Shown: positions 40,625 to 54,002 of the stretch, piece after piece | Layout of the letters: each line of letters opens with the position of its first letter | Position numbering within the stretch: the first letter of the stretch is position 1 | Source: Octopus vulgaris | Lineage: Eukaryota | DNA: 64,000 nucleotides | Direction of reading: 5' to 3' | NCBI GenBank assembly: GCA_951406725.2 | Contig: OX597828.1 | Coordinates: 9,052,001 to 9,116,000, forward strand | The notes under the pieces: model-generated | What the model was told of the DNA's origin: nothing | What the model saw: the letters and a program-made list of their open reading frames with translations, nothing else | Databases searched by the model: none | Position numbers and translations under genes: made by a program

Positions 40625-42650
40625 ATGTGTGTGTATGTGTGAGTGTGTGCGTGTGCGTGTGTGTATGTGTGTGTGTGAGGCGAGATAAAAAAACAAAAAA
40701 TATATGTATGTGTTAGTGTGTGCGTCTGTGTGTAGGCGTGTGAGGTAGGGCGAGACAGTGGTAGGCAAGCAGACAGTGGTCAGTAGTAAGAAAAAGAAGG
40801 AAAGAGGAAGGGAGGGAGGGGAAGGGGTGGGGGCGTATGTAGCGTGCCAGCGTGTGTTGAGTAGTAGTGTGTGTGTGTGTCCAGTGTCGTGGTAGTATTA
40901 ATGGCGAGTAGATTGAATGTGTGTAAGAGTAAGAGTAATGTATATATTTAAGCAATGTGTGTATATGTGTGCGCGTGTGTGTAACCAAAAAAGGGGGGGT
41001 TAAGGAAAAAGGACTACAGCTGAGGGGAAGATGGAAGAGTGGTCCCGCGGAGACGGGCGTGGGAAAACCCAACGACAAGCGACGGTCCCAGGAGCGAGCG
41101 GGAGGTCTCGTCGGGTCCAAGAGCGAGGTGCATGCGGCGCGTATGCGTGCGCGAACCGGCGCAAGCGCGTGTGTGCGCGTGCCTGCGAGTATGCGCGTAA
41201 GTATGTATGTGTGTGGATGTGTGAGTGTGTCTGTGTGTATGTCTGGGTTTCGGTGTGTCCGATGAATGTATGTGAGTATGTGTGTATATATGTGTGTGCA
41301 TAGATGTATGTCCATGTGTGTGTGTGTGTGTGTATGTGTATGAGTGTGTATGTATGTACGTGTGGGTGTGTGGAAGTGTGTGTATGTGCATGTGTGTGCG
41401 CGTACATACATGTGTGTGAGTGAGTGTGTGTGTGTGTATGTATGTGTGAGTGTGTATGTATGTGTGTGTAGGATGCATGTATGTGTATGGGTGTATGTAT
41501 GTGTGTGTGTATGTATGTATGTGTACGTGCGTGTGTGTGTATGCGTGTAGGTGTGCGCGTGTGCATGCATGCATGTGCGTATGTGTGTGTGTGTGCATGT
41601 GTGTGGGTATATATGTATGTGCGTATATGTGTGTGTATGTGCGTTCATGTGTGTGTGTGTATGCATGTGTGTGTATGTAGGTGTGTAGGCGTGTGTGTAT
41701 AGGTGTATGTATGTAAGTATGTATGGGTGTGTCCGTGTATGTGTGTGTATGTATGTGTGTGTATGTAGGTGTGTGGGTGTGTGTATATGTGTGTGTATGT
41801 AGGTGTGTGTGCGTGTGTATATAGGTGTATGTATGTATGTCTGGGTGTGTCCGTGCATGTTTGTGTGTGTGTGTGTATGCATGTGTATGTAGGTGTGTGT
41901 GTACGTGTGTAATGTATGTGTGTATGCGTGTGTGTGCGTGTGTATGCGTGCGTGTGTGTATGTAGGTGCGTGTGTATGTGTGTGGGAGTGTAGGTGTGTG
42001 TGTGCGTGTGCGTGTTTATGTTGGTGTGTGCGTATGTGAGTGTGATTGTATGGGTGTTTGTCATGCATGTGTGTGCGCGTGCAGGTGAGTGTGTGTGTAA
42101 GTATGTGTGTGTGTATGTTTGTGTGAGTGTGTATGTGTGTATGTCTGTGTGTATGTATGTGCGTATAGGAGTATGTAGGTATGTGTGTGTGTATATGTGT
42201 ATGGGTGTATGTATGTATGTGTGTGTGTGTGCATGTGTATAAGTATATGTGTGTGTGCGTATGTGTGTGTATGTGTATGTGTGTGTGTTTATGTATGTGT
42301 GTATGTATGTGTGTAGGCGTGTGTGTGTAGATGTATGTATGGGTGTGTGTCTGTGTGTGTTTGTGTGTGTGTGTAGGTAGGTGTGTGTGTCTGAGTGAGG
42401 GTATGGCTGTGTAGGTGTGTGTGTGTGTATGTATGTGTGCGTGTGTATGTGTGTGTGTATGCGTGTGAGTGTGAGTGTATGGGTGTATGTCTGTGTGTGT
42501 GTATGTCTGAAGTAGGTATGTGTGTGTATGTATGTATGTGTGTGTGTGCGGGTATGTGTGTGTGTGTGTGTATGTGTGTGTGTGAGTAGGTGTGCGTGTA
42601 TGTATGTGGGTAGGGATGCATGCGAGTGTGTGGGTATGTATGCATACATA
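40625..42650. repeat. About 2-kb degenerate (GT)/(GTAT) low-complexity tract with GC-rich patches
   Basis: Direct reading; source of the 752-aa His/Thr-rich pseudo-ORF. Confidence 0.9.
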
Positions 42651-42910
42651 CGCACGCGCACATCCGAAGCAAGCCCACACACACGAAGCGCGCTCACGCA
42701 CACAACGCACAAGCAGTACAACGCAAGCCCAAGGGGCCGACCAAGCCCCCAGCGCGCGCCAAGGCGCGCGAGCGCAAAGGCCCTCGAACGCCCCGCTACG
42801 CGGGAACCGAGGATCCATCAGCCAAAACCGGAAAGCAGAAAAGAGGGGGGCTGCCTGGATGCAAAAAGGTGTATGTGTGTGTGCATTCAGTGTAAGGGTG
42901 TGCATGTGTG

Positions 42911-42950
<40 letters not shown>

Positions 42951-43779
42951 GAAAGAAGCAAAAACAAACAAAAATATTAAATTCTAGAAAGATCTTACAT
43001 ATTTCCATGTATAGACAAAAAAAAAAACAATAGCTATTTATTAAACAGCATACATCTTGATATTCCAAGATAGAAAATGAACAAACTACTGAAACATTCT
43101 TTGCAGCTGGTGCTTCAAAATAAACTGTAATTGTCGAGATATGTTGTACGGATTGGTTGTTATCTTCGTATGGAAATATTTATAATCACCGTCTAAGTAT
43201 CTGCGTATGAAATTATTTATGTATGCGTACGTGTGAGATTGGGAATCAATTTACAACATTTCAGTCCTTGTTTGAGTTGCTTTATGTTTCACGGATTTCT
43301 CATACGTTGGTGTACGGATACATCGTTACATTACACACGCACATTATGAGTTATTAATATATTTGATATTATGTAAAGTCTAGGTTAAAGTAACATGAAG
43401 ATTAGTGTTGTGCAGCTTTATTATTTCTGATTATAAGCTTTTAATTTGGCGTGTTTTTCTCTCCGATGTACTCAAATTGTTCATATCATACCTGTAATAT
43501 GAAGGTTTAACATAGATATTAAAATATATACTACGTGCATAAAATATGATCCATAAAAGTTGTCCGTAGATAACCATATAACCATTCCTATATTTTCAAT
43601 ATCGTTTCTTATGTATATTATTTACACTCTGAACAATTGAGTGATCGACAATGTGGTCGGACTGTCAGCTAAACTTAGCAGCGAAATATGCTTAGAGAAA
43701 TGCCCGTTTTCGTAAAAATATCCGTAAATTAAATGGTGCAGCCCTTGGTGCACTATGTCAAAATACATTTCAAATTTTA

Positions 43780-43978
43780 GCAAAAGGCCAGACATTTAAG
43801 GGAAGGATATAAATCGATTACATCGACCCCAATATTGATCTGTTACTTATTTTATCGTTCCCGAAAGGATAAAATGCATAGTCAACCTCATCAGAAGTTA
43901 AGCTTAGATCATGAAGATAGACGGAAAACCGATAAGCATTTTGCCTACCTCACTAATGACTCTACCAGACCACCGCCC
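43780..43978 (-). mobile_element. SINE family B
   Basis: AAGGCCAG...AATCGATTACATCGACCCCA...TACTTATTTTATCG..CCCGAAAGGATAAAA...TAAGCATTTTGCC...CACCGCCC. Confidence 0.75.
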
Positions 43979-45393
43979 TATAATATGTCTACATTGAGAT
44001 GAAACACTCAGCTGTAGACTGTTTTTCATTAATTTGTTCACGTGATCAAGCTGAACTTTTAACCCCATACAAGTTGTTAACGCCAATTTTTCTTTCCGTC
44101 AAAGGTCTATGTTTTTCAGCATGTCCTATTTATTGCGTATATTAGATTGATGTTTACTAGATATTCGATTGTTGTTTATACCGTGTAGGGCGAGCACGCA
44201 CGATCACCCTATTTGTCTCGCATTTAAATTTTTATCCACTTGACTCTCCATGTTAAACAGACGTAACGAAATTTGTTTCGGTTTTCTTCTATTCTTTTTA
44301 TAATTTGTTCATTCTGTTGATTTACAGTTTTCATTGTATCCTTGAAGAGGGTTTGGTGTGATTTGAGTCAATTCGAATGGTTCTTAAAACAAGTTCTATC
44401 GTTAGTCCTTACAAAGGTGTTCTCAGCTGGAGATTTGGAACTTCCAAAGAGAAACTAACGAAACACGCAAGGATGTCATGACGCCATTGCTCTAGATATA
44501 AGCGAATTATACACATTACACGGCCTGTTGACGATCAGGTATTTCAGTCAAATCTAAGTTTATCCACCATGAACATATGTTGGCGCTATGACAGGTGAAT
44601 TGCTGAGAAATTCACTATTTAAATGTTATGTAACGGACGCAATTGGCATTGTTGTTTCAAGTATATGTTAAAAAAGTAAAGTAACTCTATAGTTGATTGT
44701 TGTAACAAGCCTTATTATATTTAATCAATTAATGTTGGTTCATTTTGTCATTTACCCTATCGGCTGAATTTACGGATGATTTTTTAACTGATTATTTTGG
44801 CATTCATTGTACAGGTGACACAGAGAATTGCGTTAATTAATTTAACATTCAGTATACTATCGCCTTAACAAATATAATTCAACTTAGCGTCCCTTCTCTT
44901 ATGTTGACTGCATTACCAGGCATCAGATTATAGTCAACTTTATCAAGACTCCTTAAGTCATCTTCTGAACCCTCATAGATTTGTTTATTTTAGCATCCGT
45001 CATTCTAACAAGTCAAACGGTATTCGCTATAGTAAACATATACTGACCGTTGCCAAGAGTTTGATGTATTCCAATCATGAAAGAAAAAACACTTGAATTT
45101 AAGTGATTGAAGTGACTGCTGGGTGACAGCTTTGTTTCCTGAAAGAAATTTTCATGGCAGCGAAATAACACCTTAACTTTTTTCAATAGATGATATATTC
45201 ATTTTGAAATTACAAAGGTGTGAAACAGCTTGATGAATGAATATTCTCTTGACAATGTTTCGTTAAGTGTTGTAGCATTTACATCACTAAATATAACACA
45301 AATAAATACAAGAAAACATGCACACATACATAGGAACTTAGATATGTAAATATATGTATATATATATATATATACATACATACACACACACAC

Positions 45394-45488
<95 letters not shown>

Positions 45489-45520
45489 TGTATGTATGTA
45501 TGCATGTATATATACATCTA

Positions 45521-45645
45521 TGGGTACAGGTTGTCACCAAGGGTAAACAACATGAAATACGAAAACAAATGAGTTAAATACGCAAATAACGAGAGAAAAA
45601 GGACCAAGTGATACAAAGAATGACCCTTCATCAGTTGTCGGCTTT
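45521..45645 (-). mobile_element. Repeat family P fragment
   Basis: Reverse-complement homolog of 22270-22410; contains CTGATGAAGGG on the minus strand. Confidence 0.65.
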
Positions 45646-45814
45646 ATACATATACATGCGTGTATATGTGTGTTGAATACATGCATATACGCACACACAT
45701 ACATATAGTACATATAACACATAAACAAGTACACTTCCATGTTTATGTGCGCATGTGTCAATCAAATGCCCTTCCGCATTTTCAAATCACCAGAGGCTGT
45801 CGTGTTACATCACA

Positions 45815-45980
<166 letters not shown>

Positions 45981-46829
45981 TGTGTGCGTGTGTGTGTGTA
46001 TGTATGTATATGTGTATATATGTTTCTATCTATCTATGTATACAGAGAGAACCAGCCAGGTATATGCATACATATTTATGCATGGATATGTTTGTGCGAG
46101 TGAACGTGTGTGACTACGTAAGTACACGTCTGAAAATTTGTGATCGTACGTGAGTATTCTGAAAGTGGCGATAACTAGGCGTTACAACGCGTAACTAGAT
46201 ATATATTAATCATTTTTATACTCTAGTTCATAGGATGGTTATTTATTTAGTTAATCTTAGCGTAAACCATTGTGACATTGGGGACATTTACAAATACCAG
46301 TAAGGACCGCAACGAAGTATGCATTCCTCCTTTACTCGACTTGTTTAGCATTTGCTTTGTGAGTGATGTAACCCTTTATATGTTTTGCACGGGAAGAAAA
46401 TAAGTTATAGACAGGGACAATATATTTTTTCTGTCTAATATTACTTCATCAAAAATAAACTGATACAAGCAATAACAATGACAATATCAAATGTATTTTC
46501 AATACTGATCGAATTTTAAAGAAATGTATCTTCTAAATGTTTGTTTTAAATGTAAATGTAGCTGGTATTCTTTAATTATTCGTGCATTTTGAGATTGCTT
46601 ATGGACTGTGGTGCTGTTGGCGTAAAAGCATTAGAAAACGACACGCAGCTTACGTATCTACTTAGCAGAGAGAATTTGGGCCCACACATGATTGTTTCGT
46701 TTCGAATCCTTTTCGTAATCCTGTAGTTTCGCATGCATTTCCATTATTTCATTTTATGTTGCATACATGGGACACTGAAAGTGCATAGGTTGATCAAGAT
46801 ACTCTCGTTGAATGTGACCAGACGTAGTT

Positions 46830-47420
46830 TACTTTTCAACCTAGTCTGTCATCGGTGTTGTAGTGTTTGTATCATAATGGTGAAGAAGCTTTCATCTAGT
46901 TCGTCAAAGAAGTCTTCAACAGCATTATAACGTCATCATCACTGCGATACTCAGTCCTACCCAAATGTTTTTCCTTTTGGGGGAACAGCTGTTAATCAGA
47001 TGGGGTCAAATCAAGAAGATCGGGAAAGTAGTGGTCAGTCTGTTTAAAGCTACAATCACGCACAACAACCATTGAGAGCAAGGGCTTCTGTACTAGACCA
47101 CTATACTGACGAAATAAGGCCTCTTTCGTCAGTTTTCCTCGGCATTTAGTCATGATAGTCTTTCATAACTCTCTCAACAATTTGGCATCGTTCCCTCCAT
47201 TGATAGTGTGGCACTTTCGAAGATAGTCAATAAACATAATGCATTTTGCTTAAAGAAGAAATGAATTCATCCCTTTCTCTGCAGATGAAACAACCTCGGC
47301 CTTGTTTTGGAGCAGGTGAGAAGGGGAATTTACCTCACATGAATTATTTCATTGTCTCTGGCTCAAAATGATGAGACTCATCCTGGCTTACGAAACGTTC
47401 AAGGAAATTGCTAGGGTGGG
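46830..47420 (-). pseudogene. Mariner transposase relic (catalytic DD34D region)
   Basis: Minus strand gives NFLERFVSQDESHHFEPET (first Asp region) and DHYFPDLLDLTPSD*QLFPQKEKHLG...RSDDDV...AVEDFFDELDESFF (YSPDLAPSD region). Confidence 0.85.
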
Positions 47421-49569
47421 TGCTCGTTGGATGCAGAACAACACACTTTGGGGATTAATTTCAAAAGGTCTCCTGGCTCTATACCATTATAGGAACTTTG
47501 GATGAACTTGGTTGAGTTCTCAATGTCTTGGGATTCGGAGAATAACTCTACACATTCTATCAACGTTTTCAAAAATATCGATTGAAATTACCACGGATGT
47601 TGCTCCGCCTCCATTAAATAAGCCATAAGAATGCATGGGATGACAGTTTAATTTCTAATTCATCCATAAGATATTTAGTTAAACGTAATAATTTCGAATT
47701 CTGATCGTGAAAAGCATATATTTTCAAAGAATTTATGTGACATTTTATTTCAGTCAAACAAGAAATGAAGCTCAGATACATATTCACGAACGATGATATG
47801 GTCGCACCCATTTGAGATATCTTCGGAGTGAGTAAAAATGCGGCAATATTTAGATATGAAAAGATCAATGAAGTTAAGGAAGATGAGAAGATGATTCCCA
47901 AATACTTTGTTGAAATTAGATAAGAGATATTTTATGAAAGATTTTGAAATTAAAAAAACAAATAAATTTAATCCCTTTAATAAGAAACACATGATAAACA
48001 AAGCATCGATTATTTCATTTTTTTTTTCACTAGTAAGTTACTACCATCAATACACTCTCCATTACAGCTCACATGATAAACACCATCATCGTAATTAACG
48101 TTACTACCTCATCCATTATCTTCCTTCTCATCATTATTAATCCCCATTATATCTCCATTATCATCGTTGCTGCTTAGAGTGATTGCATAAGTGTTTGCGG
48201 TAATATTTATTATAATTAAAATCATACTTATTGTTCACTTACTATCATTATCAATATCTACTTATATTGTTTTCGTATTCTTATAACAATCACTAATCAC
48301 ACCTTGTAAAATAATTTTCATAATTACAACCATTCTGCGACGCAAACGCTATCCTTCGCTACTGGCATTTAATTAATGCTAAATTTAATTATTGTCAATT
48401 TGTCATTAATTAACGTATCAGCTTCTACTTGAGACAACTCATATATCTATTTCAGCTAATCATTGCATTTATAAAGAAAATGCCCCTAGAATTTCAACCA
48501 ATTAATGCCACAAGTAAATGAAGTATATACGACATTTTCCCAAAGCCCCAATTTTTGATATACTTAACATAATTCTGAATTAATAGTACACATTCTTATT
48601 AAATTAAGATTCACAAAAGAAGTTGACTCAGTTCAGTGTTGAGGACACCTAATAAAATGGCTGCGGATAATCATTCCTCATTATCCTGATTTTCTTTCTA
48701 CATTGCCATTTTTTGTAAAACATATAAAATTATGAGCTATGAGCAGTTTTAGAACAGTTTATGAGAGTCATGGAAGAAACTTGAAAAATGCATCATTAAG
48801 AAGCCTGTGTGAAGTGCTAATTATCTCCGCATCAACAAATATTTATTTTCAAGAAAAAAAAAAGAAAACTCGTAGCGAAGAATTGTATCCGTAATTAAGG
48901 AACTATCGTTATAATTGTTTCCATTTATAAGTATTTAAATCACTAAAATTCTTACAAGTATATCACTAAGCCTTATGTTAATAAGGCTAAATGCGATAAT
49001 TTGTGAATATTTATTCCAGTATTTATTTCTGAAAAGTTGAAGATAGAGTGAGGCTTTTTTTTTTGATTTTGTCTTTTTTTCACAGAAGGTAGTTCTTCCT
49101 CATTAAGATAAGTAGGCTTTTTTTTTCTTCTTAGCACCCATTGTTATTTTAACCGTCATTTTCTTACCGATGTCAAAAATGACTGAGAATATTATCAGCG
49201 GAAATTGTTACGATTGTTAGAGTGTATATTGAGAAAAAATTGACCGATAAACAGAAAGATTGTTAAATAGTAAAGTGATACAGAAAATGAAATACTTATG
49301 CACTAATTAATCAATCAGCACTGGAAAATTCAATCATCAGATACTATGCAAAGTCTTCAATTATGCGTTACAGATTACTGAATACTACCAAAGTTTTAAA
49401 ATGTTTGGATAACCACCGTCATATGAGTGTCTTCTATGAAGTAATTAAGACTAGAGATTGCAGTAGCTTGAGGTCTGTTGCATATATTAGAAATGCATTA
49501 AATATGACATACACAATATTGATATGAAAAAGAGAAATGAAAATGTGAATTTTTATAATATTGGATTAA

Positions 49570-49750
49570 AAGTTTGGTACAAGGCCAGCCATTTCAGTGG
49601 TAGGTCGCTTACAGAGACTCCAGTACTCAACTTATCGATACTGAAAGTAAAAGTCGACCACCGTGGAATTTGAACTCAGAATGTAAAGATAGATGGGATG
49701 CTGTTAAGCATTTTGATTTGAGAACTAGCAATTCTGCTAGCTCGCCGCCA
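49570..49750 (-). mobile_element. SINE family B
   Basis: ACAAGGCCAGC...AAAGTCGACCACCGTGGAATTTGAACTCAGAATGTAAAGA...ATTCTGCTAGCTCGCCGCC. Confidence 0.8.
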
Positions 49751-50187
49751 TCGCGTCTTAAGCATCTATATTATGATAACTAGTCCAAAGTAGAAAAAAA
49801 AAACACAAAAGAAAAAGGAATGAAATTATTATATAAATTCAAGATAATTTCCGTGCTTGTACTGAAGGGATACCACTATCATGAAAGATAATAAGCAAAT
49901 TGGAGGTGATTAATTAACTGGAGACATGGCTTATTTGACATATATAATGAAACCATGTGAAATTGTACATATAAACGATAACTAGCCTATTGCTGCGAAT
50001 CATGTACAGTTAACCCGTATCACGAGAAACAGTAAAATGAATTTCGTGGAATTTACTACACACATAATCCACATCCACTTTGATTTCATTTTTCCCCAAA
50101 ACACACATATACTCATTTCGGCCACTTAAGCCATTCACAAGCAGAAGCTTCGAAGTCACTCTTATCGATATTGTTGTCTAATGAAAA

Positions 50188-50255
<68 letters not shown>

Positions 50256-50289
50256 ATGTGTGTGTGTGTGTGAGTGTGTGTTTGTGTGT

Positions 50290-50490
50290 GTGTGTGTTTT
50301 CTCCATCTCATCGCTTCACAACCGATACTAGTGTGTTTACGAACCCCGTAACCTAACGCTTCGGCATTATAGACTGATATAGCAAGTGCTAGGCTTATAA
50401 AGATTATGTCCTGGGGTCAATATGCTCGACAAAAGGCGGTGCTCCAGCATGGCCGCATGCTAATGAATGCAACCAGTATAACAGTAAAAG
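50290..50490 (+). mobile_element. SINE family A, 3' half
   Basis: CATCGCTTCACAACCGATACTAGTGTGTTTAC...GTCCTGGGGTC...AAAGGCGGTGCTCCAGCATGGCCGCA. Confidence 0.82.
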
Positions 50491-50662
50491 AATAATATAT
50501 ATACATATATATATATACATATATATATATGTGTGTGTGTGTGTATGTGTGTGTGTGGTGAAAATTAGAAAAAACACCTATTATCAATTCAAATATATAT
50601 GTATACATATACATATATATATATATATGAGTGTATATATATATATATCCACTGACATACAC

Positions 50663-50703
<41 letters not shown>

Positions 50704-50734
50704 TATAGACACACATATGTATCTATATATATAG

Positions 50735-50812
<78 letters not shown>

Positions 50813-51142
50813 GTAGATAGATGGAGACATATAATCATATATTCACGTGTAGATACCCATATATGTGTGTTTGTATGTGTGCTTGTGTGTTCGTGTGTGT
50901 CTGTGTCCATTTATCTATTTGTAATTACAGATATGCATTGACAAATGTATATATTATATAAACATGTTTCTAATAAATCTAGGATTAAAAACAGAAAAAG
51001 AAACAGTATTTTATGTAGTCCAATATTGGAATGGAGTTTTCGTGCATTTTATAGTTTGCAAAACAAACAGGTCGCAAAGAGAAATGTCGACTGGTAAATA
51101 ATTAATTCATGAACAGATATTGAAACATACAATAATTATAGC

Positions 51143-51174
51143 GACAACGACGACGACGACGATGATGATGATGG

Positions 51175-51255
<81 letters not shown>
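51143..51255. repeat. (GAC)/(GAT)n microsatellite
   Basis: Direct reading; explains the poly-Met, poly-Ser and poly-Ile ORFs. Confidence 0.95.
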
Positions 51256-51256
<1 letters not shown>

Positions 51257-51577
51257 GACAATAACAGTATCGACAACATTAAAAACAACAAAGAGCATGA
51301 CAAGGGGAACAATAACAAAAAAAGAATTGGAAATACGTTCAGATTATATGATTCGTATTACTGTAGTCAAGTATGGTTGATTGAACGAGTTAATAGCCGT
51401 AAGTCCACTCGACTGATATAGTACAACAAGCTGTCACTTTTCACAAACGATTGCTTTGAAGGGGAATGATTTCAGAAGGAAATATTTCGGATAATCATTC
51501 AACTTCATACCAGCAATACGCTTACACTTACACTTACACACACACCCACGCACACAGACACGCATATACACGCACGC

Positions 51578-51668
<91 letters not shown>

Positions 51669-52004
51669 CATGCACAGAATCACACTTACGTACAGTCCTA
51701 ATACGCACAGTCACATTAATTGACATTTTATGCGTATAAAATATCGTAAAATTCATATACAATTGTACTTAATCGTTTTGCATATGTAAACGCCAAATGA
51801 ACACACACCAACCGCATACATAAGCACAATCATACGCATACAAACGTTTGTATATATATATATATAAACCTACGCAAATTTTATAAACAAAATATTCAAA
51901 AGAAGTATTTTCATGAATTGAACAGTGACTGATACCATCCACTGTGGTTCATATTCGGGGCAGCGCAGATGACCATTCAACATACGACTGTCATGGCACT
52001 CCCA

Positions 52005-52121
<117 letters not shown>

Positions 52122-52152
52122 TTTGTACATACACACATACTTACATACACGT

Positions 52153-52252
52153 ATACGAGAGGCTTCCAACGGTTTCCCCGAGGTACCACGCAATGGAACT
52201 GAGCCCAGAGAAATGTGGTTGGAAAGCAAACATCTTACCAGACAGCAAAGCC

Positions 52253-52256
<4 letters not shown>
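52153..52256 (-). mobile_element. SINE family A, internally deleted 5' fragment
   Basis: CCGAGGTACCACGCAATGGAACTGAGCCCAGAGAAATGTGGTTGGAAAGCAAACATCTTACCA. Confidence 0.7.
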
Positions 52257-52309
<53 letters not shown>

Positions 52310-52558
52310 TTAACAATTAAGGATAACTTCTTAATAAGGAATCTTAACAAGAAATTATCAGGTAGATATCGTGAAAAACCTCATAAGAGAAAAATTTCGA
52401 AAATAATTCTTTCTTATTGAACATATTAATTTATATATAGAGGGCATTATTACACATACATGCCACACGCTAAGAGGGACATTAGTCGTTTCTACCAAAA
52501 ATTTTACTAATCATACCCAATGCAATTTTTCAAAGCAAGACATTTAAAAAATGAATTT

Positions 52559-52620
52559 AGTCTTGTATCACCTGTGATTTCGTACTTACCGCAGTTGCGA
52601 CCGTACTCATCAGCAAGACT
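52559..52620 (-). ncRNA. Type I hammerhead ribozyme, intact core
   Basis: Minus strand reads AGTCTTG-CTGATGA-GTAC-GGTCGCAACTGCGGTAA-GTAC-GAAA-TCACAGGTGA-TA-CAAGACT. All three helices pair and all core nucleotides are present. Confidence 0.88.
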
Positions 52621-52760
52621 GATTCTGAACATATCATAAATAAACGACTGCCATTTACCGGATGTATTATATGTAAACTTCCCCATGTTCTTCGTTGGAG
52701 TAGAACAGATAGCTGTTCGGCTTTGACGGTGCGAGGTCGTTTATTTATATGTTCAGAATC

Positions 52761-52822
52761 AGTATTGCTGATGAGTACGGTCGCAACTGCGGTAAGTACG
52801 AAATCACAGGTGATACAAGACT
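52761..52822 (+). ncRNA. Type I hammerhead ribozyme, one helix I mismatch
   Basis: Same sequence with AGTATTG in place of AGTCTTG; core intact; predicted cut after A52815. Confidence 0.82.
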
Positions 52823-53240
52823 AAATTCATTTTTTAAATGTCTTGCTTTGAAAAATTGCATTGGGTATGATTAGTAAAATTTTTTGGTAGAAATGACTAA
52901 TGTCCCTCTTAGCGTGTGGCATGTATGTGTAATAATGCCCTCTATATATAAATTAATATGTTCAATAAGAAAGAATTAATTTCGAAATTTTTCTCTTATG
53001 AGGTTTTTCACGATATCTACCTGATAATTTCTTGTTAAGATTCCTTATTAAGAAGTTATCCTTAATTGTTAAATAATCTTATTCCGAAAAAACTTTTCCT
53101 AATCGAAATGCAATTCGAAGAAGCCTGCCATTTACCGGATGTATTATATGTAAACTTCCCCATGTGCTTCGTTGGAGTAGAACAGATAGCTGTTCGGCTT
53201 TGACGGTGCGAGGTCGTTTATATATGATATGTTCAGAATC

Positions 53241-53302
53241 AGTCTTGCTGATGAGTACGGTCGCAACTGCGGTAAGTACGAAATCACAGGTGACACAAGA
53301 CT
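53241..53302 (+). ncRNA. Type I hammerhead ribozyme copy with a U16.1-to-C change, probably impaired
   Basis: Same sequence, helix I perfect, but GGTGACA in place of GGTGATA (C53294). Confidence 0.75.
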
Positions 53303-53424
53303 AAATTAATTTTTTAAATGTCTTGCTTTGAAAAATTGCATTGGGGGTATGATTAGTAAAATTTTTTGGTAGAAATGACTAATGTCCCTCTTAGCGTGTG
53401 GCATGTATGTGTAATAATGCCCTC

Positions 53425-53466
<42 letters not shown>

Positions 53467-53598
53467 AGAAGAAGAATAGGAAAGGAGGTTCTGGTAATTT
53501 TTCCGCTACAGCAATTAGATGTTTAGAAGTTGACAAACGTCGTCTTACAGTAGTTTCTCGCTTGAAAGCGGTTTTCAAACGATCTTTGTTATTCACTG

Positions 53599-53651
<53 letters not shown>

Positions 53652-53968
53652 AATGTGTGTGTGTTTGTATTTACAGGGGGAGAGAGAGATCCACATGTAC
53701 ATATTTTTGTACAGAACATACTAGGCACCTCTATATACATGTGTGTGTGTGTGTGTGTAAATGTGTGTCAGTGTGTGTGTATGTGTATACCAGTATATGA
53801 TAATTGACTGCATAGTTTTGAATATAGAAACACCAAACTACATATTGTAACGGTGACCATGCAAAAGGATATCAACCAAATTACATAAAGTTTGTGAACG
53901 GACGTACAACGACGAAATGTTAAAGACAACTTCCGGGCAATTCTGTGGCATATTCATTCATTACATAC

Positions 53969-54000
<32 letters not shown>

Positions 54001-54002
<2 letters not shown>

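Larger units (their letters stand above)
52305..53432 (+). mobile_element. Non-coding hammerhead-bearing retroelement (retrozyme / PLE pseudo-LTR-like): inverted arm plus partial tandem of a ~480-bp unit
   Basis: 52305-52648 is the reverse complement of 52736-53077. Direct repeats start with CTGCCATTTACCGGATG at 52648 and 53125. Three HHR copies; embedded in (TA)n on both sides; no ORF. Confidence 0.85.

Noticed and set aside
40713-42971. 752-aa ORF and overlapping long ORFs
   Set aside because: His/Thr/Ile/Tyr-rich read-through of a (CA)/(TACA) tract that lacks stop codons by composition; no domain is visible.
45600-45645. CTGATGAAGGG on the minus strand in repeat family P
   Set aside because: No downstream helix II plus GAAA in either copy.
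47754-47827. Exon-like segment TTTCAG|...|GTGAGT
   Set aside because: All three frames contain stops, and there is no independent support.
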